In this document: positions 10,301-18,772 of the stretch, in pieces
Numbering within the stretch: the stretch's first letter is position 1
Layout: every line of letters begins with the position of its first letter
Origin: an uncultured Clostridium sp.
GTDB taxonomy: Bacteria > Bacillota > Clostridia > TANB77 > CAG-508
Direction of reading: 5' to 3'
Length of the DNA: 64,000 bases
NCBI GenBank assembly: GCA_947565445.1
Contig: CANOGC010000001.1
Coordinates: forward strand, 7,301-71,300
Program-made: the position numbers and the translations under genes
Notes under the pieces: generated by a model
What the model saw: the letters and a program-made list of their open reading frames with translations, nothing else
Databases searched by the model: none
What the model was told of the DNA's origin: nothing

Positions 10301-10807
10301 ATGGAAAATCTAATGGAAATTGGTCAAATAGTAAATACTTATGGAATAAAAGGTTTTGTAAAAGTAGTTCCTTTTACAGATAACATTAATAGGTTTGAAG
10401 ATTTGAAAACAGTGTATGTAGAAACAAAAAAAGGATTAGAAAACTTTGAAATAGAAGAAGTGAAATATGCTAAAAACACAGTGTTATTAAAACTAAAAGG
10501 AATTGATGATATTAATATTGCAGAAAAATATAAAAATTGCTATATAAAAATATCAAGAGAAAATGCAGTAAAACTACCAGAAGATACATATTTTATTGTA
10601 GATTTATTAGATATAAAAGTATATACAGATGAAGATATATATTTAGGAAATATTATAGATGTATATCCTACTGGAAGTAATGATATATATGTTGTAAAAA
10701 ATGAAGAAGGAAAACAAGTATTATTACCAGCAATTGGTGAAGTAATTAAAAAGGTTGATATTCAGAATAAAAAAATGGTAGTTCACTTGTTAGATGGTCT
10801 TATATAA
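10301..10807 (+). CDS. rimM: 16S rRNA processing protein RimM
   Basis: 168-aa ORF. IGQIVNTYGIKGFVKV and the C-terminal PRC-barrel-like part match RimM. Operon context agrees. Confidence 0.9.
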   Translation: MENLMEIGQIVNTYGIKGFVKVVPFTDNINRFEDLKTVYVETKKGLENFEIEEVKYAKNTVLLKLKGIDDINIAEKYKNCYIKISRENAVKLPEDTYFIVDLLDIKVYTDEDIYLGNIIDVYPTGSNDIYVVKNEEGKQVLLPAIGEVIKKVDIQNKKMVVHLLDGLI

Positions 10808-10816
10808 GGAGTAATT

Positions 10817-11539
10817 ATGAAATTTGATGTTTTAACATTATTTCCAGAAATGTTTACACCACTTAAAGAAAGTATTATTGGAAGAGCAGAAAAAAACAAT
10901 TATATTGAAATAAACATAACAAATATAAGGGATTTTTCAAAAGACAAGCATAATAAAGTTGATGATACTCCATATGGTGGTGGTGCAGGAATGGTAATAA
11001 GACCAGATGTAGTATATGATGCATATAAATCTGTAAAAACAAAATCTGCAAAAACAATTTATTTAACTCCACAAGGAAAAAAGCTAGACCAAAAAATAGT
11101 AGAAGATTTAAGTAGATATGAACATATCATTCTTCTATGTGGACATTATGAAGGAATTGACCAAAGAGTAATTGATGAAATTGCTCCAGAGGAACTTTCA
11201 ATTGGAGATTATGTCTTAACAGGAGGAGAACTTCCTGCTATGGTGCTTATAGATAGTGTTTCTAGGTATGTAGATGGTGTTCTAAATAAAGAATCTATTT
11301 TGGAAGAATCATTTTCAAGTGGAATTTTAGAATATCCACAATATACAAGACCAGAAGTATTTAATAAAAGAGAAGTACCAGATATATTAAAATCTGGTCA
11401 TCATGAAAAGATAGAAAACTGGCGAAGAAAAAAAGCTATTGAAATAACCTATAAGAAGAGACCAGATTTATTAGAAAATGGAAATTTTACTGAAGATGAA
11501 ATAGAATATATCAAAAATTTGAAAGAAAAAAATAATTAA
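10817..11539 (+). CDS. trmD: tRNA (guanine37-N1)-methyltransferase
   Basis: 240-aa [37 protein letters not shown] and [20 protein letters not shown] are canonical TrmD motifs. Confidence 0.96.
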   Translation: MKFDVLTLFPEMFTPLKESIIGRAEKNNYIEINITNIRDFSKDKHNKVDDTPYGGGAGMVIRPDVVYDAYKSVKTKSAKTIYLTPQGKKLDQKIVEDLSRYEHIILLCGHYEGIDQRVIDEIAPEELSIGDYVLTGGELPAMVLIDSVSRYVDGVLNKESILEESFSSGILEYPQYTRPEVFNKREVPDILKSGHHEKIENWRRKKAIEITYKKRPDLLENGNFTEDEIEYIKNLKEKNN

Positions 11540-11558
11540 GAAGGAGGAAAAATTTCAA

Positions 11559-12149
11559 ATGGATATTATAAAATCAATTGAACATGAACAATTAAAAAAC
11601 AAAGTTCCAGTACTAGGTGTTGGAAATACAGTAAAAGTTCATGTTAGAATTAAAGAAGGAAATAGAGAAAGAATACAAGTATTTGAAGGAATTATTATTA
11701 AAAAACAAGGTGGAGGAGTAAATGAAACATTTACAGTAAGAAGAATTTCTTATGGTGTTGGTGTTGAAAAAACATTTTTAGTTCATTCACCATTAGTTGA
11801 GAAAGTAGAATTAGTAAGAGTAGGTAAAGCAAGAAGAGCAAAATTATTCTACTTAAGAGATAGAGTAGGAAAAGCATCTAAGACAAAAGAAAAATTAGGC
11901 GCAAGAATCGAAAATAAAGAAATTACTTTAAAAGAAGAAATGGTTGAAGAAGCACCAGTTGCTGAAGAAGCCGTAGCTATAGAAGAAAATATTTCTGCAA
12001 GTGAAGAAGTAGTAGAAACAACAGAAGCTACAGTAGAAGAGCCAGTTGTAGCTGTAGAAGAAGCTCCAGCAGTTGAAGAAGTTAAAGAGGAAGAACCAGT
12101 TTCTGAAGTAGTAGAGGCACAAGCTGAAGAAGAAAAAACAGAGGAATAG
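11559..12149 (+). CDS. rplS: 50S ribosomal protein L19 with an unusual acidic C-terminal extension of about 80 aa
   Basis: The first 113 aa or so are canonical L19 ([35 protein letters not shown]). The ORF then continues with an E/A/V-rich low-complexity tail to 12149. Confidence 0.9.
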   Translation: MDIIKSIEHEQLKNKVPVLGVGNTVKVHVRIKEGNRERIQVFEGIIIKKQGGGVNETFTVRRISYGVGVEKTFLVHSPLVEKVELVRVGKARRAKLFYLRDRVGKASKTKEKLGARIENKEITLKEEMVEEAPVAEEAVAIEENISASEEVVETTEATVEEPVVAVEEAPAVEEVKEEEPVSEVVEAQAEEEKTEE

Positions 12150-12266
12150 AAAAAAAGTAAATTTGATTGGATAATAAGTAAAATTATGTTAAAATGGATT
12201 AACAAAGTAGCAAAAATTCTCCTGTGCTCTTGTGGCAGGACAAATGTTAAGAAGGAGGAATAGAAA

Positions 12267-12449
12267 ATGTCAACAGAACAGAAAACGGCAAAAAGAATAT
12301 CCTTAAATGGTGGGGGATTAGGAAACCCCATCTTTCTACCACCAAAAGAAAGCACATTTTATGATGATGGGGTGGATAGTCAGTGTACAGTACCGATAGA
12401 AAGCAGGGAAAAATTAGAAAAAAAATTGGTAGAAAAATTGCCAAAATAG
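12267..12449 (+). CDS. hypothetical 60-aa protein
   Basis: ORF preceded by aaggagg and followed by a strong terminator. Its 3' part shares a short stretch (cattttatgatg) with the small ORF at 15400. No recognisable family. Confidence 0.3.
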   Translation: MSTEQKTAKRISLNGGGLGNPIFLPPKESTFYDDGVDSQCTVPIESREKLEKKLVEKLPK

Positions 12450-12487
12450 AAGCGGATTCCTATTGTAGTACACCATCTTATCTAAGA

Positions 12488-12510
12488 GCGGTCACATTGT
12501 GACCGCTTTT
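12488..12510 (+). terminator. rho-independent terminator
   Basis: gcggtcac-att-gtgaccgc followed by tttt. Confidence 0.7.
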
Positions 12511-12512
12511 CT

Positions 12513-12718
12513 CATGCTACAATTCTAATTTTGGCTGATATTTTTCAAGCAACATATTTACTTGGCAAAGGTATGCCATAAGCTGTGGACATGTCATTGG
12601 GTGTCAGAAAACAACACGAAGAGATATGCTTAGAGCCTGTAAGAAAACACGGAAAGTACTAAATGGGCATTTTTTATAAAAATTGTCAAAAGAACGATAC
12701 TAATTATGTTATTACCCC
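12513..12718. repeat. R repeat copy 1 (about 205 bp, most degenerate copy)
   Basis: Aligns by eye with 13884-14090, 15778-15984 and 17653-17854. The shared core is ...ctttcaagccacat.tttacttggca...gccataagctgtggacctgtcattgggtgtcagaaaacaacacgaagagatat..tagagcctgtaagaaaatacggaaa... Confidence 0.8.
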
Positions 12719-12810
12719 AAATATAAGAAATAATATTTTGTAAAATTAATTGATAAAATAGTTAAAAAAGTGTAAAATATACTAAAGTATAATTAGGGTG
12801 GGAAAAGCAT

Positions 12811-13317
12811 ATGATTAAAGATAATTTAATAGAGGTACTTCATGAAATGGAAGAAGTAACAAAAATGTTTAAACTTGAGCCATTTGATATTTATATTATT
12901 GGAGGAGGAGCATGTATATTAGGTGAATATACAACAAGAGCCACTTTAGATATAGATTTTGTAGATTTAGGCTATCCTGCAAAATATGGAAAAGTATTTG
13001 TATTATTAAGAGATTATGATATGTTAGAATATCAAAGTACAATATTATCTCCAAATTATAAAAAAAGAGCAATAAAACTAGAGGAGTTTCAATACATTAA
13101 TGTTTATATTCTTTCAAAAGAAGATATTGCAATAAGTAAAATAATAAGACTTGCCCCCAAAGATATAGAGGATTTGGAGCAAATAATACCTAACTGTGAT
13201 AAAGAGATTCTTAATAATATTATAGAAGAGGTCTTAAATAGGGATGATTTATTTGAAAGCAAAAGGTTTGAATTTGAGAAAAAATTGAAGATATTTAGGG
13301 AGAAGTATAATGTATAG
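12811..13317 (+). CDS. minimal nucleotidyltransferase-fold protein (DUF6036-like)
   Basis: 168-aa ORF. IIGGGACILGEYTTRATLDIDFV fits the GG/GS...DxD pattern of pol-beta-type minimal nucleotidyltransferases. Confidence 0.5.
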   Translation: MIKDNLIEVLHEMEEVTKMFKLEPFDIYIIGGGACILGEYTTRATLDIDFVDLGYPAKYGKVFVLLRDYDMLEYQSTILSPNYKKRAIKLEEFQYINVYILSKEDIAISKIIRLAPKDIEDLEQIIPNCDKEILNNIIEEVLNRDDLFESKRFEFEKKLKIFREKYNV

Positions 13318-13645
13318 AATATTTTGTGAAAGTTATAATAATTTTGTCAATTCATTTAACGAAACGAGTAGTAGATTAGAAATGGCTAAGCCCTTAGAAT
13401 TGATGGTAGATGTTAATAAGTATATAGAAGAAGAAAAAAAAAAAAGTGAATTATATAAGAAATTATGTGATCTAATTTGTTTTATGAAAGAAAATATTGA
13501 AAGATTTCCAAAATTAAAAGCGTTTTTATGGACTTTAAGTTCAAGAAATATGAATGGAATGAAATATAATATAGCAAAAAAAGAAGAGTTAGAAGAACAA
13601 ACAAAACTAGTAAATTCATTTTTGAAATTAGCATATTGGTATTAA
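13310..13645 (+). CDS. hypothetical protein, translationally coupled to the nucleotidyltransferase-like gene
   Basis: 111-aa ORF overlapping the upstream stop by 8 nt. An A12 run at 13434-13445 is read in frame (EEEKKKS). No recognisable family. Confidence 0.45.
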   Translation: MYRIFCESYNNFVNSFNETSSRLEMAKPLELMVDVNKYIEEEKKKSELYKKLCDLICFMKENIERFPKLKAFLWTLSSRNMNGMKYNIAKKEELEEQTKLVNSFLKLAYWY

Positions 13646-13856
13646 AAAGAATGAAAAAAGAACCTGTTACTATCGTAGATATAAAGGCGACGACTATTTA
13701 TCAGTAGAAGTTGAAGTCAATAAGAAATTGCAATTTGATAAAGTAGAAGAGGTTTGTGGTTTTTTCTTATGTACAGTAAAGGGTAGAGGAACATTGTACA
13801 CAAAAGAGAATTTAGAAAAAGTTCTTCTTTAAGTTACTAAAGTGTACTTTATTAAA

Positions 13857-13877
13857 GAGGTCGCAAATTGCGACCTC
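13857..13877. terminator. hairpin terminator (U-tract on the minus-strand side)
   Basis: gaggtcgc-aaatt-gcgacctc. The reverse complement is followed by tttaataaa. Confidence 0.55.
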
Positions 13878-13883
13878 TGTATC

Positions 13884-14090
13884 TATATTATAATTCAACT
13901 TTTGGTTGATACCTTTCAAGCCACATGTTTACTTGGCACAGGTACGCCATAAGCTGTGGACCTGTCATTGGGTGTCAGAAAACAACACGAAAAGATATAT
14001 TTAGAGCCTGTAGGGAAATACGGAAAATGATAAATGGGTGTTTTTTTATAAATTTTGTAAAAATAACAAAAATTAATACTGTGATTACCC
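13884..14090. repeat. R repeat copy 2
   Basis: See copy 1. Contains the 39-nt stem-loop at 13921-13959. Confidence 0.85.
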
Positions 14091-14119
14091 AAAAATACAA
14101 AAGAAAAGAAGATAATATT

Positions 14120-14254
14120 ATGAATAAAGAAGAAAGTAAAAATAAAAAAGAGAAAAAGTATGAATACAAAGTAATTCAAACTTTCAGTAAAGATGGACCA
14201 ACATTTCAAGAAGTAATGGAAAAGATAATACTTAATAAGTTAAATAAGATATAA
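14120..14254 (+). CDS. hypothetical 44-aa Lys/Glu-rich protein
   Basis: MNKEESKNKKEKKYEYKVIQTFSKDGPTFQEVMEKIILNKLNKI. A near-identical copy lies at 16014-16148, but the RBS is weak, so coding status is uncertain. Confidence 0.4.
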   Translation: MNKEESKNKKEKKYEYKVIQTFSKDGPTFQEVMEKIILNKLNKI

Positions 14255-14262
14255 AAAGTTAC

Positions 14263-14291
14263 TTGACAATCAAGAACAAATGTTTTAGAAT
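14263..14291 (+). promoter_or_regulatory. sigma-A-type promoter for the dinD-like gene
   Basis: TTGACA (14263-14268), 17-nt spacer, TAGAAT (14286-14291). Confidence 0.65.
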
Positions 14292-14395
14292 GTAAATACA
14301 ATAATATCATAAAAATAATGAAATAAATGTAATAATAAATGCAGTAATATATAAATTTATATGCTATTATGAGTATTTTATATGGAGTGATGTTT

Positions 14396-15244
14396 ATGGA
14401 ATTTGAAAAAGCAAAATTAGTAGAATTAAAAGCAAAATTTGATTCTATAATTAACAAAGAAGAAAATGTAGAATTTTGGTATGCTAGAGATTTACAAATA
14501 CAATTAGGCTATACTCAATGGAGAAACTTTTTAGAAGTAATTAATAAAGCAATTGAATCTTGTAAAAATGCTGGTATCAATGAGAATGATCATTTTGCTA
14601 AGGTCAGCAAAATGATAGACTTAGGAAAAGGAGCTAAACGACAAGTAGAAGACTATATGCTAACAAGATACGCATGTTATTTAATTGCTCAAAATGGAGA
14701 TTCTAAAAAAGAAGAAATAGCATTTGCTCAGAGCTATTTTGCAGTACAAACTAGAAAACAAGAAATAATAGAAGATAGAATTAAACTAATGAACAGATTA
14801 GAAGCAAGAGAAAAATTAAAAGAATCAGAAAAACAGTTATCAAAAAATATTTATGAAAGAGGAGTAGATGATTTAGGATTTGCAAGAATTCGTTCAAAAG
14901 GAGATTCAGCTTTATTTGGAGGACTAAATACAATGCAAATGAAAGTAAAATATGGAGTAAAAGAAAATAGACCACTTGCAGATTCTTTACCAACATTAAC
15001 AATAGCAGCAAAAAATTTAGCAACAGAAATGACTAACTATAATGTAACTGAAAAAGATATGTATGGAGAGGAAAGCATAACAGGTGAACATATAGATAAC
15101 AATTTAAGTGTAAGAAGTATGTTAAACAAAAGAGGAATTAAACCAGAAAATCTAAAGCCAGCAGAAGATTTGAAGAAACTAGAAAGAAGAGTAAAAACTG
15201 AAAGTAAAAAAATAGCTAGTAACAAATTGCCACAAGGGAAATAG
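14396..15244 (+). CDS. dinD: DNA damage-inducible protein D (DinD) family protein, copy 1
   Basis: [54 protein letters not shown] and [15 protein letters not shown] parallel E. coli DinD blocks recalled from memory (WSARQLGKLLGY, LSRYACYLVVQNGD, AQTYFAIQTRRQE). Confidence 0.8.
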   Translation: MEFEKAKLVELKAKFDSIINKEENVEFWYARDLQIQLGYTQWRNFLEVINKAIESCKNAGINENDHFAKVSKMIDLGKGAKRQVEDYMLTRYACYLIAQNGDSKKEEIAFAQSYFAVQTRKQEIIEDRIKLMNRLEAREKLKESEKQLSKNIYERGVDDLGFARIRSKGDSALFGGLNTMQMKVKYGVKENRPLADSLPTLTIAAKNLATEMTNYNVTEKDMYGEESITGEHIDNNLSVRSMLNKRGIKPENLKPAEDLKKLERRVKTESKKIASNKLPQGK

Positions 15245-15399
15245 AGAAAATGAGTATAATTAGTTGAAATTGCAATAGAATTATGTTAATATAATAGCAT
15301 AATCTTAGTAGAAAAACCTCTTATCTTAGCAACATAGAGAGATAAGTATATATAGATGAAACTATTAACAAGCATAAGCCGAAATGGCAGGAGGTGAAA

Positions 15400-15546
15400 A
15401 TGGAAAAAAGAGAGGACATACGAAAACAGAACAAAGGAAACTCATTTTATGATGTTATGAAGCCAAGGGAATATAAGGACAGTATGAATTATAAACTCGT
15501 GGCTGGAATAACAATGGCTGTATTTTCTAAAGCAGGAGGAAAATGA
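15400..15546 (+). CDS. hypothetical 48-aa protein
   Basis: ggaggtg RBS 4 nt upstream of the ATG. MEKREDIRKQNKGNSFYDVMKPREYKDSMNYKLVAGITMAVFSKAGGK. The homologous stretch in cassette 2 (about 17290) is frame-disrupted. Confidence 0.4.
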   Translation: MEKREDIRKQNKGNSFYDVMKPREYKDSMNYKLVAGITMAVFSKAGGK

Positions 15547-15547
15547 T

Positions 15548-15727
15548 ATGGCAGAACATCTTTTTATGTCAATTGCTATTATTGTAATTACGTTAGCTCC
15601 AGTTATATTAGAGGCATATGCATATAGTATTAATCCTGTGCCGAAAATGGAAGACCGAAACGAAGAAAGAAAGTTCGGCAAAACAATATACAAAACCAGA
15701 GAAATGTTTTCAGTTATAAAAAGATAG
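15548..15727 (+). CDS. hypothetical 59-aa single-TM peptide (type I toxin-like architecture)
   Basis: MAEHLFMSIAIIVITLAPVILEAYAY... then a charged tail. The RBS aggagga overlaps the upstream stop. A homologue lies at 17436. Confidence 0.45.
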   Translation: MAEHLFMSIAIIVITLAPVILEAYAYSINPVPKMEDRNEERKFGKTIYKTREMFSVIKR

Positions 15728-15750
15728 TATGTAATAGCATTAAGCCAAAA

Positions 15751-15775
15751 GCGGTCGTTAGTTACGACCGCTTTG
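15751..15775. terminator. bidirectional rho-independent terminator
   Basis: gcggtcgt-tagt-tacgaccgc flanked by aaaa on the left and tttg on the right. Confidence 0.7.
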
Positions 15776-15777
15776 CC

Positions 15778-15984
15778 CATGCTATAATTCTAATTTCGGT
15801 TGATACCTTTCAAGCCACATATTTACTTGGCATAGATATGCCATAAGTTGTGGACCTGTCATGGGGTGTCAGAAAATAACACGAAGAGATATGATTAGAG
15901 CCTGTAAAAGAATACGGAAAATGCAAAATGTACATTTTTTAATAAATTTTGTAAAAATAACAAAAACTAATACTGTGATTACCT
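15778..15984. repeat. R repeat copy 3
   Basis: See copy 1. Stem-loop at 15815-15853. Confidence 0.85.
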
Positions 15985-16013
15985 CAAAATACAAAAGAAA
16001 GGAAAAGAATATT

Positions 16014-16148
16014 ATGAATAAAGAGGAAAGTGAAAACAAAAAAGAGAAAAAGGACGAGTACAAAGTAATTCGTACCTTTAGTGAAGATAGACCGACATTT
16101 CAAGAAGTAATGGAAAAGATAATACTTAATAAGTTAAATAAGATATAA
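16014..16148 (+). CDS. hypothetical 44-aa Lys/Glu-rich protein (copy 2)
   Basis: Paralogue of 14120-14254 (MNKEESENKKEKKDEYKVIRTFSEDRPTFQEVMEKIILNKLNKI). Confidence 0.4.
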   Translation: MNKEESENKKEKKDEYKVIRTFSEDRPTFQEVMEKIILNKLNKI

Positions 16149-16156
16149 AAAATTAC

Positions 16157-16185
16157 TTGACAAGCAAGAACAAATGTTTTAAAAT
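16157..16185 (+). promoter_or_regulatory. sigma-A-type promoter for dinD-like copy 2
   Basis: TTGACA (16157-16162), 17-nt spacer, TAAAAT (16180-16185). Confidence 0.65.
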
Positions 16186-16291
16186 ATAAATACAATAATA
16201 TCATAAAAATAATGAAATAAATGTAATAATAAATACACTAATATATAAATTTATATGCTATTATGAGTATTTTATATGGAGTGATGTGTAT

Positions 16292-17146
16292 ATGGAATTT
16301 AAAAAAGCAAAAATATTGGAATTAAAGGAAAAGTTTGATGCTATTATTAATAAAGAAGAAAACGAAAATGTAGAATTTTGGTATGCTAGGGATTTACAAA
16401 TACAATTAGGCTATACTCAATGGAGAAACTTTTTAGAAGTAATTAATAAAGCAATTGAATCTTGTAAAAATGCTGGTATCAATGAAAATGATCATTTTGC
16501 TAAGGTTAGCAAAATGATAGATATAGGAAAGAGTGCAAAAAGAGAAGTAGAAGACTATATGCTAACAAGATATGGATGCTACTTAATTGCTCAAAATGGA
16601 GATTCTAAAAAAGAAGAAATAGCATTTGCACAAAGTTATTTTGCAGTACAAACTAGAAAACAAGAAATAATTGAAGATAGAATAAAACTAATGAACAGAT
16701 TAGAAGCAAGAGAAAAATTGAAAGAATCAGAAAAACAATTATCAAAAAATATTTATGAAAGAGGAGTAGATGATTTAGGGTTTGCAAGAATTCGTTCAAA
16801 AGGAGATTCAGCTTTATTTGGAGGACTAAATACTATGCAAATGAAAGCAAAATATGATGTAAAAGAAAATAGACCACTTGCAGATTTTTTACCAACTTTA
16901 ACAATAGCAGCAAAAAATTTAGCAACAGAAATGACTAACTATAATGTAACCGAGAAAGATATGTATGGAGAAGAGAGCATAACAGATGAACACATAGATA
17001 ATAATTTGAGTGTAAGAAGTATGTTAAATAAAAGAGGAATAAAGCCAGAAAATCTAAAACCAGCAGAAGATTTAAAGAAATTAGAAAGAAGAGTAAAAAC
17101 TGAAAGTAAGAAAATGGCTAGTAACAAGTTACCACAAGGGAAATAG
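16292..17146 (+). CDS. dinD: DinD family protein, copy 2
   Basis: About 90% identical by eye to 14396-15244, with a 2-aa insertion (NE) near the N-terminus. Confidence 0.8.
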   Translation: MEFKKAKILELKEKFDAIINKEENENVEFWYARDLQIQLGYTQWRNFLEVINKAIESCKNAGINENDHFAKVSKMIDIGKSAKREVEDYMLTRYGCYLIAQNGDSKKEEIAFAQSYFAVQTRKQEIIEDRIKLMNRLEAREKLKESEKQLSKNIYERGVDDLGFARIRSKGDSALFGGLNTMQMKAKYDVKENRPLADFLPTLTIAAKNLATEMTNYNVTEKDMYGEESITDEHIDNNLSVRSMLNKRGIKPENLKPAEDLKKLERRVKTESKKMASNKLPQGK

Positions 17147-17435
17147 AGAAAATGAGTAGAATTAGTTGAAATTATGTTAATATAATAACATGAAATTTAG
17201 TAGAAAATCCTCTTATCTTAGCAATATTGAGATAAGTCTATATAGATGAAACTATTAGCAAGCAAAAGCCGAAATGGCAGGAGGTGAAAATGGAAAAAGA
17301 GAAGACATACGAAAAAAAACAAAGGAAACTCCTTTTATGATGTTATGAAACCAAGAGCTTATAAGGATAAAATGGAATATAAGCTTGTAGCAGGATTAAC
17401 AATGGCAATATTTACTAAAACAGGAGGAAAATAAC

Positions 17436-17675
17436 ATGGCAGAACATCTTTTAATGTCGATTGCTATTATTGTAATGGTGTTGGGTCCAGTTATATTAGA
17501 GACATATGTAAATGATATTAATCCTACGCCAAAAATGAAAGACAGAAACGAAGAAAGTTTTCTAGAACAATATGCAAAACTAGAGAAATGTATTCGGTTG
17601 AAAAAAGATAATAGCACTAAGCAAGAGGAGGTCGCGTTGCGACCTCTTTTGCTTTACAATTCAATTTTAGGCTGA
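17436..17675 (+). CDS. hypothetical single-TM peptide, homologue of 15548-15727 (3' end uncertain)
   Basis: MAEHLLMSIAIIVMVLGPVILETYVN... The ORF as drawn runs through the terminator. Indels relative to copy 1 suggest the true C-terminus differs or the copy is decaying. Confidence 0.35.
   Translation: MAEHLLMSIAIIVMVLGPVILETYVNDINPTPKMKDRNEESFLEQYAKLEKCIRLKKDNSTKQEEVALRPLLLYNSILG
17628..17650 (+). terminator. rho-independent terminator
   Basis: gaggtcgc-gtt-gcgacctc followed by tttt. Confidence 0.7.
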
Positions 17676-17854
17676 TACCTTTCAAGCCACATATTAACCT
17701 GGCACAAATACGCCATTAATTGTGGACCTGTCATTGGGTGTCAGAAAACAACACGAAGAGATATGCCTAGAGCCTGTAAGAAAATACGGAAAGTGGTAAA
17801 TGGGCGTTTTTTTATAAAAATAGCTAAAAGAACAATATTGTTATGTGATTACTT
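17653..17854. repeat. R repeat copy 4
   Basis: See copy 1. The stem-loop at 17687-17725 has three compensatory pair changes relative to copy 2. Confidence 0.85.
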
Positions 17855-17934
17855 AAATGAAGTGTAAAAGACACTTCATTTTTAATGTTCAAAATTATTG
17901 ACAATTACAACAATTGAAAGGGGTGATGTAAAAT

Positions 17935-18708
17935 GTGAACAATGAAAACCAACCTTCATATTATGCTATAATTCCTGCTACGATTAGGTATGATGAGAAG
18001 CTTAAATATGCAGAGAGATTATTCTATGGAGAAATAACAGCTCTTATTGGAAAAGAGGGATATTGTTTTGCAAGTAATAATTATTTTGCAGAACTATATG
18101 GAGTAATACCAGGAACAGTATCACGATGGATTTCTCATTTAGTAAAGCTAGGATATATAAAAGAGGAATTAATAAGAAATGATAAAAATGCAATAATTGA
18201 AAGAAGAATCTATATTACAGACATAAGTTGTAGGAGAATAGTACAAGATACCTATAAGCAAAATAGCACATACCCCTATAAGCAAAATTGCTTATACCCT
18301 ATGAGCAAAAAAGCTAAAGATAATAATATAAATATTAGGATAGATAGATTCTTTAATTATATTATAAATAATAAAGACGAAATTCCTAAGGAATTTGAAA
18401 ATATGGAGCAATTTCAGGAGTTTTATGAAATAATTGAAAGGTTAGAATTTAATTATACAGAAGATATGATAAACACTTTCAAAAAGAAAAATATAGAAAG
18501 ATTAAAAATTATAATCTATGCAATAAAAGAAATGTTTATAAGAAACAAAGGAAAGCTATTATTAAAAGCTACAAGAGAAAACTTTTTAGATGTATACGAT
18601 AGTTGTAAAAATTTTGAAAACTCATACAAAAATACAGAAAATGAGATTAAGAGTTTTTTTGATTACTACTATATAAGTATTATTAGAAAATTAGAAGCTA
18701 AGTTATAG
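17935..18708 (+). CDS. HTH protein resembling the N-terminal domain of replication initiators / replisome organisers
   Basis: GTG start. YYAIIPATIRYDEKLKYAERLFYGEITALIGKEGYCFASNNYFAELYGVIPGTVSRWISHLVKLGYI is typical of HTH_36/DnaD-like phage and plasmid replication proteins. Confidence 0.5.
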   Translation: MNNENQPSYYAIIPATIRYDEKLKYAERLFYGEITALIGKEGYCFASNNYFAELYGVIPGTVSRWISHLVKLGYIKEELIRNDKNAIIERRIYITDISCRRIVQDTYKQNSTYPYKQNCLYPMSKKAKDNNINIRIDRFFNYIINNKDEIPKEFENMEQFQEFYEIIERLEFNYTEDMINTFKKKNIERLKIIIYAIKEMFIRNKGKLLLKATRENFLDVYDSCKNFENSYKNTENEIKSFFDYYYISIIRKLEAKL

Positions 18709-18772
18709 CTTTATTTTTTTTACTCAAATGGAGGGTTAAAATGATTGAACCATATAATTTAGAAATGAATTC

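Noticed and set aside
10817-11539. Functional link between trmD and the CGG +1 sites. TrmD makes m1G37, a known frame-maintenance modification, and as I recall tRNA-Arg(CCG) is one of its substrates.
   Set aside because: trmD sits in its universal rimM-trmD-rplS operon, and the element merely inserted downstream. The adjacency is most likely coincidental. It is worth remembering when testing the recoding hypothesis, but the sequence does not support a link.
13925-14254. Long ORFs (109 aa here and 95 aa at 15861-16148) that read through the R repeat into the 44-aa ORF.
   Set aside because: Differences between copies 2 and 3 fall on all codon positions and are mostly non-synonymous. In copies 1 and 4, the same frame through R is not followed by the 44-aa ORF. 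R is therefore treated as non-coding, and only the 44-aa part is kept as a low-confidence CDS.
12513-17854. R repeats as a CRISPR array or integron attC sites.
   Set aside because: The repeats are about 205 bp long and 1.2-1.9 kb apart, with whole genes between them, and there are no cas genes. They lack the short imperfect-palindrome layout of attC, and no integron integrase is present in the window.
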